DNA from: Chloroflexota bacterium
GTDB lineage: Bacteria; Chloroflexota; UBA11872
NCBI GenBank assembly: GCA_028874175.1
Contig: JAPPLN010000069.1
Coordinates: 606-64,605 of the forward strand
Reading direction: 5' to 3'
Length of the DNA stretch: 64,000 nucleotides
Positions 46,025 through 55,367 of the stretch are shown piece by piece. Under the pieces are notes generated by a model. It was given only the letters and a program-made list of their open reading frames with translations, did not search any database and was not told the origin of the DNA. The position numbers and the translations under genes were made by a program. Positions within the stretch are counted from its first letter, which is position 1; each line of letters starts with the position of its first letter.

Positions 46025-46048
46025 CTCGGAGCTTCCGAACCAGGGCGG

Positions 46049-47038
46049 TTAGTTCAGGTCGATGCCCGGCACGCTCAGGTAGTCGCGCAGATCGCGCGAA
46101 ACGCTGGAACGCCTAAGCTTTCGCAGCGCCTCGACCTGCAATTGGCGGATACGCTCGCGGGTTACCCCGAAGTGCGCGCCGATCTGATCAAGGGTCCAAG
46201 GTTCTTCACCATCAAGGCCGAATCGGCGCACCAGGATGGTCTGCTGGCGATCGGGAAGGATGGCCAGGGCGCGGTGCAGGTCTTCGCGCAAGGTTCCGGC
46301 CAGCAGGGCGCGGTCGGCCGTGTCGGGATCTGGGTCTTCCACAAAGTCCGCCAACGATTCGTCGCCGTCCTCACCGACGGGCTGTTCCAGGGACGTGGGC
46401 GCGCGGCTGGCGCGGACGATTTCGACGACCCGCTCAGGCGCCATGCCAAGGACCTCGCCCAATTCGGCGGGCGTCGGCTCCCGCTCTATTTCCTGAGCCA
46501 GCTCGGGTGTCAGCTTTCGAATCTTTCGCAGCGCTTCGACCACATGCACGGGCAGGCGGACAGTGCGCGAGTCGTTGGAGAGCGACCGCGTGATGGCCTG
46601 GCGAATCCACCACGTGGCGTAGGTGCTGAACTTGAAGCCGCGGCGCCAGTCGAAGCGTTCCACGGCCTGCATCAGCCCAAGGTTGCCTTCCTGGATGAGG
46701 TCCAGCAGCGGCAGGCCACCGGCGGCATAGCGCTTGGCGACGTTGACGACCAGCCGCAGGTTGGCGTCCACCAAGCGCCGGCGGGCGGCGGCGTCGCCGG
46801 CTTCCACACGCTTGGCCAGCTGGATCTCCTGGGCGGCCGTGAGGAGCGGGACGCGGTTTATCTCGTTGAGATAGAGCCGCATGGTGTCCTCGATCGACTC
46901 GTCGCCGGTGGCGCGCGCCGCATCAGGCGTGCCGGTTTCCCGCTTCGTGGCTTCCTGGCGGCGATCGATTGACGCCAGGTCGTTCGCCCAGTGGCCTCGC
47001 GCGGGCGATGGTTCATGGGCCACATCCGTCGCGTGCAT
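46049..47038 (-). CDS. RNA polymerase sigma-70 family factor (RpoD/SigA-like)
   Basis: Region 1.2 (MRLYLNEINRVPLL), region 2 (DLIQEGNLGLMQAVERFD, FSTYATWWIRQAI), region 3 and region 4 (TLDQIGAHFGVTRERIRQLQVEALRKLR) are all present. At 329 aa it lacks a long region 1.1, suggesting a group-2 or compact primary sigma. Confidence 0.85.
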   Translation of the reverse strand: MHATDVAHEPSPARGHWANDLASIDRRQEATKRETGTPDAARATGDESIEDTMRLYLNEINRVPLLTAAQEIQLAKRVEAGDAAARRRLVDANLRLVVNVAKRYAAGGLPLLDLIQEGNLGLMQAVERFDWRRGFKFSTYATWWIRQAITRSLSNDSRTVRLPVHVVEALRKIRKLTPELAQEIEREPTPAELGEVLGMAPERVVEIVRASRAPTSLEQPVGEDGDESLADFVEDPDPDTADRALLAGTLREDLHRALAILPDRQQTILVRRFGLDGEEPWTLDQIGAHFGVTRERIRQLQVEALRKLRRSSVSRDLRDYLSVPGIDLN

Positions 47039-47234
47039 TCATGCCTCGTCGGAGAGCGTCGCGACGATCAACGCTGATCGCCTGTCATCCGACGCGGTGA
47101 GTATACATGTTTTTCCAGAAAATTCCGTGTAAATCAGAAAAAGTCGTCAAATCCGCCTTCGAGAGACGTGGAACCAGTTGGTAGCGGCTATCCGGCGGTG
47201 GTAGGTTCGATCAACGACCCGGCGCTGGCGGCGC

Positions 47235-47891
47235 ATGTCCGAGCAATCCGCAAATCCTCGCGAGCAGATCCTGCACGCCCTGAAGATGCAAGGGGCACTT
47301 CAGGTTCGGTCGATTGCCGAGACGATCGGCAGCAGCCTGTCGGCCGTCCGCCCACACCTCGACCGGCTTGTGGCCGAGCGACTGGTTCGAGTGCAGGTGG
47401 TACGCGGCGGGCCGGGACGACCGCGGCACCAATACGAACTGACCAGCGAAGGGCACGCGAGGTTTCCCCAGGGCTACGGCGAGTTTGCGAAGGATTTCGT
47501 GGAAGCCGTGCTGGCCTTCGGCGGGCACGATCTCTTGAAGCGAATCCTGACTCACCACGAGGACAAGCAGTACCAGCGGTTTGCGCCGCGCCTGGCGGGC
47601 CTGGGCTTTCACGCGCGGGTGCAGGAACTGCGCCGAATCATGGACGAGTGCGGCTTCATGCCGCGGGTCGACCGAACCGAGACGGGCTACGTGCTGTCGG
47701 CGCATCACTGTCCGATCTGGGACGTGGCCGCCACGTGCCGGGCTGGCTGCGACTCAGAGTTGCGGTTGATCCGACGGCTCGTTGAGGCGGAAGTCACTCC
47801 GCTGGAAGTGGGTCCGCGCGAGGGCTGCGCTTGCACATACGCAATCCAGGAAGAGTCCGCGCTGCCGCAGGCCTCGCCCGTCACGACCTGA
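47235..47891 (+). CDS. Winged-HTH transcriptional regulator with C-terminal Cys-rich domain (SufR/ArsR-like, putative Fe-S or metal sensor)
   Basis: N-terminal HTH (ILHALKMQGALQVRSIAETIGSSLSAVRPHLDRLVAERLV) followed by a domain with five Cys (HHCPIWDVAATCRAGCDSE...GCAC). It is divergent from the sigma factor and immediately upstream of nifS. Confidence 0.5.
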   Translation: MSEQSANPREQILHALKMQGALQVRSIAETIGSSLSAVRPHLDRLVAERLVRVQVVRGGPGRPRHQYELTSEGHARFPQGYGEFAKDFVEAVLAFGGHDLLKRILTHHEDKQYQRFAPRLAGLGFHARVQELRRIMDECGFMPRVDRTETGYVLSAHHCPIWDVAATCRAGCDSELRLIRRLVEAEVTPLEVGPREGCACTYAIQEESALPQASPVTT

Positions 47892-47915
47892 ACGCGGCGC
47901 GAGCGGCGCGTCTCG

Positions 47916-49094
47916 ATGTCAATGGCGGCATCCCGCATCTATCTGGATCACGCGGCGACTACACCGCTGGACCCGGCGGTACGGGACGCGATTGCGACGA
48001 CTCTGGAGGAGTTGCCGGGTAACCCGAGTTCGCTCTATGCGGAGGGTCGGGCCGCGCGCGACGCACTGGACGCCGCCCGCGCCCAGGTAGCCGACGTCCT
48101 GCTGGCCGATCCGGGCGAGATTGTGTTCACGAGCGGCGGCAGCGAAGGCGCGGCGCTGGCGATTCGGGGCACGGCGTTCGCGGCGGCCCGCGAAGGGCGG
48201 CGTCACCTGGTGACCACGGCCGTGGAGCATCACGCGGTGCTGCACACGGTACAGCTACTGGCGCAGCGCCACGGGTTCGAGGCCACCGTGGTCCCGGTGG
48301 ACTCTGAGGGACTTGTCGACCCCGGAGTGGTGGTCAACGCCGTTCGCCCTAACACCTCCCTCGTGAGCGTGATGTACGCCAACAACGAGATGGGGGCTGT
48401 TCAGCCCATTGCGGAAATCGCGTCGGCACTGCGGGACCATCCTGCGCTGGTGCATACCGACGCCGTGCAGGCGCCGGGTTCTCTGCCGATCGACATTCCC
48501 ACGCTGGGCGTGGACCTGCTGAGCATCGCGGCACATAAGTTCTACGGGCCGAAAGGCGTTGGTGTGCTGTTCGTACGGCGCGGAGCGCGGCTCAGTCCGC
48601 AGATCGTCGGGGGATCGCAGGAGCGGAATCGACGTGCGGGAACCGAGAACGTGGCCTTTGCGGTGGGCCTGGGTACCGCGCTGGAACGCGCGGAGGCCGA
48701 TCGCCCAACTTCGGTAGCGCACAACGTGCGGTTGCGCGACCAACTGATAGAGGGAATCGTAGCCATTCCCGGCAGCCGTCTGAACGGGCCCCGCCGTGAG
48801 CGGCTGCCGAACAATGTCAACGTCTGCTTCACGGGCGTGGACAGCGAATCTCTGCTAATCGGGCTCGACGCTGCCGGAATCGCGGCGTCCAGTGGATCGG
48901 CCTGCACATCGGCTTCACTCGAGCCTTCGCACGTACTGCTGGCTATGGGCATCAAAGCGGACCTGGCCGCGGGCAGCCTGCGGCTGACGACCGGACGCCG
49001 GAACACCGAAGCAGAGATCGAGCGGACGCTGGAGGTGTTGCACGCGTTAGTACCGCGATCGCGCCGCGCGACTACCCGCTCGACAGAGACTTAG
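47916..49094 (+). CDS. Cysteine desulfurase (class V aminotransferase, NifS/IscS-like)
   Basis: PLP-lysine context SIAAHKFYGPKG, active-site Cys loop SSGSACTS, and a typical N-terminus IYLDHAATTP. Confidence 0.85.
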   Translation: MSMAASRIYLDHAATTPLDPAVRDAIATTLEELPGNPSSLYAEGRAARDALDAARAQVADVLLADPGEIVFTSGGSEGAALAIRGTAFAAAREGRRHLVTTAVEHHAVLHTVQLLAQRHGFEATVVPVDSEGLVDPGVVVNAVRPNTSLVSVMYANNEMGAVQPIAEIASALRDHPALVHTDAVQAPGSLPIDIPTLGVDLLSIAAHKFYGPKGVGVLFVRRGARLSPQIVGGSQERNRRAGTENVAFAVGLGTALERAEADRPTSVAHNVRLRDQLIEGIVAIPGSRLNGPRRERLPNNVNVCFTGVDSESLLIGLDAAGIAASSGSACTSASLEPSHVLLAMGIKADLAAGSLRLTTGRRNTEAEIERTLEVLHALVPRSRRATTRSTET

Positions 49095-49177
49095 GCTATT
49101 TCGACCACGCAGCTCACGGGCCTGGTCCGATTCGTCGTAGAATCAAAAAACTATTGTCGGGCGGTAGAAGGGTCGTC

Positions 49178-49465
49178 GTGTCGGCAGAATTGATTGGGAT
49201 CCTCAGCGTGGGCGCGACGCTGCTGATCGGGCTTGGCGGGCTGATTGTTGGGTTGAGTCTTCAGTTGCACAGCGAATTGCGCAACGATTTGCGCCAATCG
49301 CGCGACGAAACCGCCCGTCAGCAGAGCGAACTGCGCAATGAACTGCGCCAGTTTCGCGAGGAGAACAGCCACCAGCACGGCGAGCTTGCCGCGCGGATTG
49401 ATGCCCTCAATGCTCGCGTCGATGGCCTTAACGCTCGAGTCGACGGTCTATCCGCACAGCCTTAG
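49178..49465 (+). CDS. Small single-pass membrane protein with coiled-coil heptad/tandem repeats
   Basis: GTG start at 49178 (the ORF track's ATG start is at 49154), an N-terminal TM helix (LIGILSVGATLLIGLGGLIVGLSL), then repeats SELRNDLRQSRDE / SELRNELRQFREE and LNARVDG x2. The repeats are also visible as DNA tandem repeats at 49271..49351 and 49406..49447. Confidence 0.5.
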   Translation: MSAELIGILSVGATLLIGLGGLIVGLSLQLHSELRNDLRQSRDETARQQSELRNELRQFREENSHQHGELAARIDALNARVDGLNARVDGLSAQP

Positions 49466-49624
49466 CTTTGTGCACCGCTTGCCACTGAACATGTGGCGAG
49501 CCCTCGCCGGGTTGCGTAGGCTCAGGGTGTCGCGTGGGAATGCCCGCGACGCGTCTCGAAGCTAAGGAACGCCGACGTGGCCACAAGCGACGCGCCGGAT
49601 CTGATGGATCTCCCAATGGCCGAC

Positions 49625-50008
49625 ATGCCGATCTTGGTCGTGCAGCCGTCGGCCGCCGCCGAGTTTGACCGAATGCGGACCAAGCGAAACCGGCCCGACG
49701 CCGTGCTGCGGGTGCGCGTAATCGTGGACTCCGGGTGCGGCGACTTTCGCTACGCCATGGGCATCGAGCCTGGACCGCGCGATGGGGATCAGAGCATTCC
49801 GGCCCATGGGGTCACGGTGGTCGTCGACCAGGAGAGCGCCGAACTGTTGCGCGGTTCGACGCTGGAGTACAGCGACTCCCTGATGGACGGCGGCTTCAAG
49901 GTGCTCAATCCGCGAGCCCAGTCCGTCTGCGGCTGCGGACAATCGTTCAGCCTGACTGGCCGCGAGATCACGAGCGAGCACATTCGGGGTGGGCTGGGCG
50001 GACCCTGA
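49625..50008 (+). CDS. HesB/IscA-family iron-sulfur cluster insertion protein
   Basis: A-type carrier fold with conserved Cys in SGCGDF and the C-terminal C-G-C-G motif (SVCGCGQSF). Likely start is the ATG at 49625; the track ORF begins at 49577. Confidence 0.8.
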   Translation: MPILVVQPSAAAEFDRMRTKRNRPDAVLRVRVIVDSGCGDFRYAMGIEPGPRDGDQSIPAHGVTVVVDQESAELLRGSTLEYSDSLMDGGFKVLNPRAQSVCGCGQSFSLTGREITSEHIRGGLGGP

Positions 50009-50138
50009 CGATCAAAGCCGGACAGACGCGATCCTGAAGCTGGCTGGTTGCCGGAGTGGTTATCGGATCAGGCGGCCGCATCGTGCGGCTTGGGACGATG
50101 GGTGATTGTCAGCCTGAATCGCTGAATCGGAGGCTGGC

Positions 50139-51119
50139 GTGCTGTTGAAGCGGCTGCGACGGACGCAGCGCATGGAAGCGCCCGAAACCGAGGCGGCGCC
50201 AGCACCGGCTGTGGAGCCCACGCGGCGCCGGTTTTCGACCGTCCGGCGCTGGTTGAGCCGCTCCAAGCTGAGCGAGGCGGATTGGGACGAACTGGAAGAA
50301 CTGCTGATCGCCGCCGACCTGGGCCCCTTTTTGACCATGGAGTTGCTGGACGAACTGCGCGAGACCGTGCAGGCGGATGGAACAGCCGACCCGGAGGCCG
50401 CGCGCGAGTTGCTGGCGGTGCGTCTGACTGAGGCGCTGGGCGGACACGAGGCACAGTTCGCCAGCGGGCCGCCGCCGCAAGTGGTGTTCGTGGTCGGGGT
50501 CAACGGCGCAGGAAAGACGACCTCAATCGGCAAGCTGGCGCACTTGCTGAAGTCGACGGGACACGAGGTGCTGCTGGCAGCCGGCGACACTTTTCGCGCG
50601 GGCGCTATCGACCAGCTACAGATCTGGGCCGAGCGGGTCGGCGTGCCGGTGATCGCACACCAGCCGGGCGGCGACCCCGGCGCGGTTATCTACGACGCTT
50701 TGGACGCGGCTCAGGCACGGGGTGCGGAGTATGTGATTGCCGACTCGGCCGGCCGCCAGCACAACAATGCGAACCTGATGAACGAGCTAGGCAAGATGCG
50801 GCGTGTAGCCGAGCGTAAGACGCCCGGAGCGCCGCACGAGGTCTTGCTCGTTTTGGACGCGCTCACCGGACAGAATGGCCTGCACCAAGCCCAGGGATTC
50901 CTGGAGACAGCCAACGTGACCGGCATCGTGCTGACGAAGCTGGACAGCTCGGCAAAGGGTGGGGCCGCGTTTGCCGTCACGCGCGCCACCGGTCTTCCGA
51001 TCAAGTTTGTTGGCGTGGGCGAGGGGCTGACCGACTTCGAGCCATTCGATCCGGAGCGGTTCGTGCAGGCGCTGTTGGAGCCGCAGCCGGGCGATGCCGA
51101 CGACGAGGAGGAAACGTGA
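50139..51119 (+). CDS. ftsY: Signal recognition particle receptor FtsY
   Basis: NG domain with [10 protein letters not shown] (G1), [14 protein letters not shown] (G4) and GEG...DL, plus a short acidic N-terminal region. Confidence 0.9.
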   Translation: MLLKRLRRTQRMEAPETEAAPAPAVEPTRRRFSTVRRWLSRSKLSEADWDELEELLIAADLGPFLTMELLDELRETVQADGTADPEAARELLAVRLTEALGGHEAQFASGPPPQVVFVVGVNGAGKTTSIGKLAHLLKSTGHEVLLAAGDTFRAGAIDQLQIWAERVGVPVIAHQPGGDPGAVIYDALDAAQARGAEYVIADSAGRQHNNANLMNELGKMRRVAERKTPGAPHEVLLVLDALTGQNGLHQAQGFLETANVTGIVLTKLDSSAKGGAAFAVTRATGLPIKFVGVGEGLTDFEPFDPERFVQALLEPQPGDADDEEET

Positions 51120-51850
51120 AAGGCGTGATTCTGGCGGGCGGCACCGGGTCGCGTCTTGACCCGATTACGCGTGTGACCAACAAGCAACTGCTGCCCGTTT
51201 ATGACAAGCCGATGATCTTCTATCCCATCGAGGCGATGGTGAACGCCGGGGTCACGGAGATCCTGATCGTCACCAGCGGATCAAGCGCGGGCGACTTCTT
51301 GCGCCTGCTGGGCAACGGTGAGGCGCTGGGCGTTACTCACCTGAACTACACCTACCAGGAAGGCGCCGGCGGAATCGCCGAGGCCATTTCGCTGGCGCAG
51401 CCCTTTGTTGGGGACGACCGGATGGTCGTGATTCTTGGGGATAACGTGATCGGCGGAAACATCGTGGAGCCGGCGCGGCGGTTTGAGGCCCAGCCGCGCG
51501 GCGCCAAGGTGCTATTGAAGGAAGTCGAGAACCCCACCGCGTACGGCGTCGCGGAACTCGATGGCGACCGCGTCGTCCGGTTCGTGGAGAAGCCTAAGAA
51601 CCCGCCCTCAAACCTGGCGGTCACGGGCATTTACTTCTACGACGCGCACGCGTTCAGCCTGATCGAGCAGTTAGAGCGCTCGGACCGCGGCGAACTGGAA
51701 GTGACGGACCTGAACAATGCCTATCTGGAGCGAGGCGAGATGACGCATGACGTGCTGGAGGGCTACTGGGCGGACTGCGGGGAGTCCATCGACCACTACC
51801 TGCAGGCCTGCAATCTGGTCGCGAAGCACGGAGCAAATCGGATCGCGTAG
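51116..51850 (+). CDS. Sugar-phosphate nucleotidyltransferase (glucose-1-phosphate thymidylyltransferase-like, short form)
   Basis: N-terminal GVILAGGTGSRLDPIT signature followed by KQLLPVYDKPMIFYPIE. It overlaps the ftsY stop by 4 nt. Confidence 0.75.
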   Translation: MKGVILAGGTGSRLDPITRVTNKQLLPVYDKPMIFYPIEAMVNAGVTEILIVTSGSSAGDFLRLLGNGEALGVTHLNYTYQEGAGGIAEAISLAQPFVGDDRMVVILGDNVIGGNIVEPARRFEAQPRGAKVLLKEVENPTAYGVAELDGDRVVRFVEKPKNPPSNLAVTGIYFYDAHAFSLIEQLERSDRGELEVTDLNNAYLERGEMTHDVLEGYWADCGESIDHYLQACNLVAKHGANRIA

Positions 51851-51995
51851 CACGCATCGCTTCGAGAGCGGCGGCCGCTCGCCGAAATCCGAGTCCAGCC
51901 CCGTCCTTTCATGAGCAACAGGGAGTCTGATCGGGCACGCCGACACATTTCGATCCCGATACAATGCTCGGGCGGCTGTAGCTGAGGACTGAACG

Positions 51996-52190
51996 ATGCC
52001 CGACGACGACGACGAAATCAGTGTCCGTGTCAGATCCAGCGAGCGGCGTGAATGCGCCCTATGCCGCCAAGAGACAACCTGGAACTACTACGAATACCGT
52101 CGGTGGTTCGGTCTGCTGAAGAACCGATACTGGGCGTGCGGGCGCTGCGGCAAGTCGGAAAGCCTGGCCGCACCCACGTCCGAAGACTGA
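51996..52190 (+). CDS. Small zinc-ribbon-like protein (two CxxC pairs)
   Basis: 64 aa with C-A-L-C ... C-G-R-C spaced ~25 aa apart. It lies in a locally lower-GC intergenic stretch. Confidence 0.35.
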   Translation: MPDDDDEISVRVRSSERRECALCRQETTWNYYEYRRWFGLLKNRYWACGRCGKSESLAAPTSED

Positions 52191-52317
52191 CCGGCCCCGC
52201 CAGGAGCGGGAGCGTTAATCAAGGGGGCTGGTAATCGCCCGGCTGCGTGCGCGGCTGGGCTCGGTCCCTCCCGCCCTGGTCACGATTGTCTCGATCCTAT
52301 TTCTGAATAACGTCGCG

Positions 52318-53430
52318 GTGGCCGCGGCGCGGGCGCTGCTGCCCATCTACGTCGAGCGCGACCTGGGCATGTCGCCCGCGTTCACCAGCCTGCTGGTGTC
52401 GCTGGAGACAGTGATGGGTGGGCTGATATCGGTCACGGCGGGAGCGCTGGCCGACCGGCTGGGGCACCGGTTGGTGCTGGCGATCGGCATTCTCGGGTTT
52501 TCGGCAGGGCTCCTGCAGTTCCTCACGGGCGTACCGTGGCTGCTGGTGGCGCTAGCCGTGGTGCTGGGGCTGGCGCATGGGATGCGTTCGACGTCCGGTC
52601 AAAGCTATCTATTGACGGCAGCCAGCCGCCAGTCGGTCGGGGTGGCCACGGCCGCCTACTTTCTGGGCGGGACGATCGGGATGTCCGCCAGTTCGGCTGT
52701 GGCGGGGCCGGTGGTTGACCGGTTTGGTTTTGGCGCCTATGCGCTCGTGGGACTGGGACTGAACCTGGTACCGGCCGCCATCACGCTGCGCTACCTGCGA
52801 GACGTACGCCCCAAGCGCCCTGTTGGCAGCACCGACAAGGGAACGTGGAATGTCCTGATGCGGCGCGAGGTGTGGCTGATGGGCGGGCTGCGATTCGTGT
52901 CCACCGCATTCTGGGGGGTATGGAGCCTGGCGATGCCATTGCTGATGTTCCGCGCCACCGAGAGTGTCCTGCCACCGGCCCTTTTGTACGGAACCGTAGG
53001 CATGAGCTTGGCGGCGGTCAGTCAATTCCTGATTGGCCACTGGTCCGACCGCGCCGGACGGACCGCGCCGGTGTATCTGGTGCTGAGCCTGCAACTCGCG
53101 GTTGCCATCGTAGCGGCGCTCGGTTGGCAGTCGACGCCGATTCTCATCGCGACGGGAATCACCGGCGTCGTGACCGGCTGGACGATGTCTGTGCTGGTGC
53201 TTGGCGTGGTGCGCGATCGCACGGCGCCGCTGGAACGGGGGCGAGTTGTCGGCTTCGTCCACGCGTTGTGGAGCTTCGGAATTCTGGCGGGCACGGTTGT
53301 TGCGGGGACCCTGCTCGATATTGATCCTGGGCTGCCGTTAGCGATTGGAGCCCTGGCCAACCTCGTATCGCTGGCTATTGCCGCCTTGCTCTTCCACGGT
53401 CGGCGTATGCCAGCGCCGGAAGCGGGTTAG
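52318..53430 (+). CDS. MFS transporter (N-terminus possibly incomplete or non-canonical start)
   Basis: Eleven TM helices follow the first canonical start (GTG 52318). The reading frame is open upstream to 52219 and encodes a plausible TM1 (LVTIVSILFLNNVAV) with no ATG/GTG/TTG. Together these would make a 12-TM MFS fold. Confidence 0.7.
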   Translation: MAAARALLPIYVERDLGMSPAFTSLLVSLETVMGGLISVTAGALADRLGHRLVLAIGILGFSAGLLQFLTGVPWLLVALAVVLGLAHGMRSTSGQSYLLTAASRQSVGVATAAYFLGGTIGMSASSAVAGPVVDRFGFGAYALVGLGLNLVPAAITLRYLRDVRPKRPVGSTDKGTWNVLMRREVWLMGGLRFVSTAFWGVWSLAMPLLMFRATESVLPPALLYGTVGMSLAAVSQFLIGHWSDRAGRTAPVYLVLSLQLAVAIVAALGWQSTPILIATGITGVVTGWTMSVLVLGVVRDRTAPLERGRVVGFVHALWSFGILAGTVVAGTLLDIDPGLPLAIGALANLVSLAIAALLFHGRRMPAPEAG

Positions 53431-53473
53431 ACGCCACTAGACTGGTGTGGTCCTGAACCCCGAGTGTCCTGGC

Positions 53474-54244
53474 ATGACTTCGCCACAAGCCCGACGGCCC
53501 GTTGTGGCCGCGAACTGGAAGATGAACACGGGGCCGGACGATGGTGCCGCCCTGGCGCGCGCGGTCGCGGCCGAGAGCCTGCCGTTCGCGCAGGTCGATG
53601 TAGTGCTGTGTCCACCCGCCACCGGGCTCGCGGCCGTCGTGGCAGCCGTACAGGGCACTCCTGTGGCCGTCGGCGCCCAGCACGTCTTTTGGGAAGAGAG
53701 TGGGGCATACACCGGAGAGATCTCAGTACCCATGCTGGAGGGCCTGGCCACCTACGCCGTTGCCGGCCACTCCGAGCGACGGCAGCTGTTCGGGGAGACC
53801 GACCTGGACGTGCAGCGCAAGACTCTGGCCATTCTGTCCGGCGGCCTGACGCCGATCGTGGCTGTGGGCGAGTCGCTGGATCAGCGTGACGCCGGGGAGA
53901 CCCTTGGGGTACTGCGTTCGCAGGTCACGCGGGTGTTTGAGGCGCTGACGCCGGCCGAGACGGCAGCCTGCGTGATTGCCTACGAACCGGTATGGGCCAT
54001 CGGCACCGGCCGCAACGCCACGCCCGAACAGGCGCAGGAAGCCATTGGCTGGATTCGCGACATCGTGGCGGCGGTGCAGGGCCTCCAGGCCGCCGAGCTC
54101 GTGCGAATCCAGTACGGCGGCAGCGTTTCGCCTGAGAATTGCCAGGAACTGCTGTGCCGCGACGGAATCGATGGGGCGCTGGTGGGCGGCGCCAGCCTGG
54201 ACGCGGGCAAGTTTGCAGCCATCGTCCAAGCGGCGGCGCCGTAA
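53474..54244 (+). CDS. tpiA: Triose-phosphate isomerase
   Basis: AANWKMN (catalytic Lys), VAGHSERR (His), AYEPVWAIGTG (Glu) and the GGS phosphate-binding loop are present. Start is ATG 53474; the track ORF begins at 53447. Confidence 0.9.
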   Translation: MTSPQARRPVVAANWKMNTGPDDGAALARAVAAESLPFAQVDVVLCPPATGLAAVVAAVQGTPVAVGAQHVFWEESGAYTGEISVPMLEGLATYAVAGHSERRQLFGETDLDVQRKTLAILSGGLTPIVAVGESLDQRDAGETLGVLRSQVTRVFEALTPAETAACVIAYEPVWAIGTGRNATPEQAQEAIGWIRDIVAAVQGLQAAELVRIQYGGSVSPENCQELLCRDGIDGALVGGASLDAGKFAAIVQAAAP

Positions 54245-54290
54245 CCCTTAGATATCCCTGACCCACCGAACCGCCGGTGGATGCCAGGGG

Positions 54291-55187
54291 TCAGACCAGG
54301 ATGGGGTTGGACCAGGCAATTCGGCCGGCCGCGTCTTCGACTTCGACGCGGATGTATACCTCGGTGCCGCGCCGCTCGTGGACGGCGGCCGTGAGTGGCT
54401 CGCCTGCCGCCAGCCAGCTTGATCCCCGGGAACGAGCGGCGATGAAGCTAATGCGCGCCGCGGGCGACGTGCTCACCCGAACTTCATCGTCGTCGACTTG
54501 CAGGTCAATAATCTCGGGTCCCATCGACGAATAGAAGTGACCGCGCCGCATGGCGTCGACCAGCCCTTCAGGCGTGAAGTCCTCGGTTCGGACCATCACC
54601 CAGCCGCGGCCCTGAGCGCCGTGCTTCCAATGCGAGTCGTCCGTCGCAAAGCCCCAGGTCAGGCCTGCCTGGAGCAGATATTCGTCCCAGGTCACGCCGG
54701 AAAAGCCCTTGGCGCGGGTGACGTCGGTGACCGAGTTGAAGACTTCCATGCCGACGAAGCCATCAATCTCCAGCATGTCGTGGGCGGACTGGCCCAGCCA
54801 GTAGGGGTGAGCCATGACGGCAATGCCGCCGCCGGCGTTCACCAGGTCGATGGCCTTCTGCGGACCCCAGGACTCACTGGAGCGCTCGAAGCCGCTGACG
54901 CCCGTCGCCAGGATGTGGTACCGCTCGCCGGTATATGGATCCGGGCCATGCATCTCGATGCCGGGAATCGTGACGAACCCCGGCTGCGCGTAGGCCGTCG
55001 TGTCGGAAACGACATGGTGATCCGACAGCGCGACGAAGTCGTAGCCGGCGTCGCGGTACCAGGCCACGGCGTCCGCTGGCGACTTGGCCCCGTCGGAGTT
55101 CGTCGAGTGCGTGTGCAGATTGCCACGGTACCAGCGGCCGTGGACGAGAAATGGATTGCCATCGCTTGCGTCTCTGGTCATTGCCAA
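54291..55187 (-). CDS. PHP-domain metallohydrolase (CehA/McbA-like)
   Basis: N-terminal YRGNLHTHSTNSDG and later LSDHH, GIEMHG: His/Asp metal ligands in the PHP-domain arrangement. Confidence 0.7.
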   Translation of the reverse strand: MAMTRDASDGNPFLVHGRWYRGNLHTHSTNSDGAKSPADAVAWYRDAGYDFVALSDHHVVSDTTAYAQPGFVTIPGIEMHGPDPYTGERYHILATGVSGFERSSESWGPQKAIDLVNAGGGIAVMAHPYWLGQSAHDMLEIDGFVGMEVFNSVTDVTRAKGFSGVTWDEYLLQAGLTWGFATDDSHWKHGAQGRGWVMVRTEDFTPEGLVDAMRRGHFYSSMGPEIIDLQVDDDEVRVSTSPAARISFIAARSRGSSWLAAGEPLTAAVHERRGTEVYIRVEVEDAAGRIAWSNPILV

Positions 55188-55367
55188 CTCCGATGCGCGG
55201 CGGTCAGAGGCCGGGTACTGGCATTATCTATGTTTGGCCCGGCTTGACGCGGACGCTGACACGCCACTGGGTGGACACTACCTGCTCGGTCGGCCAGCTA
55301 TTCGAAACCCGTCGCCGTGCCGGACAGAATTGGCGAGGTCTATGAAGCAAACGGAAGCGGGCGTGAG

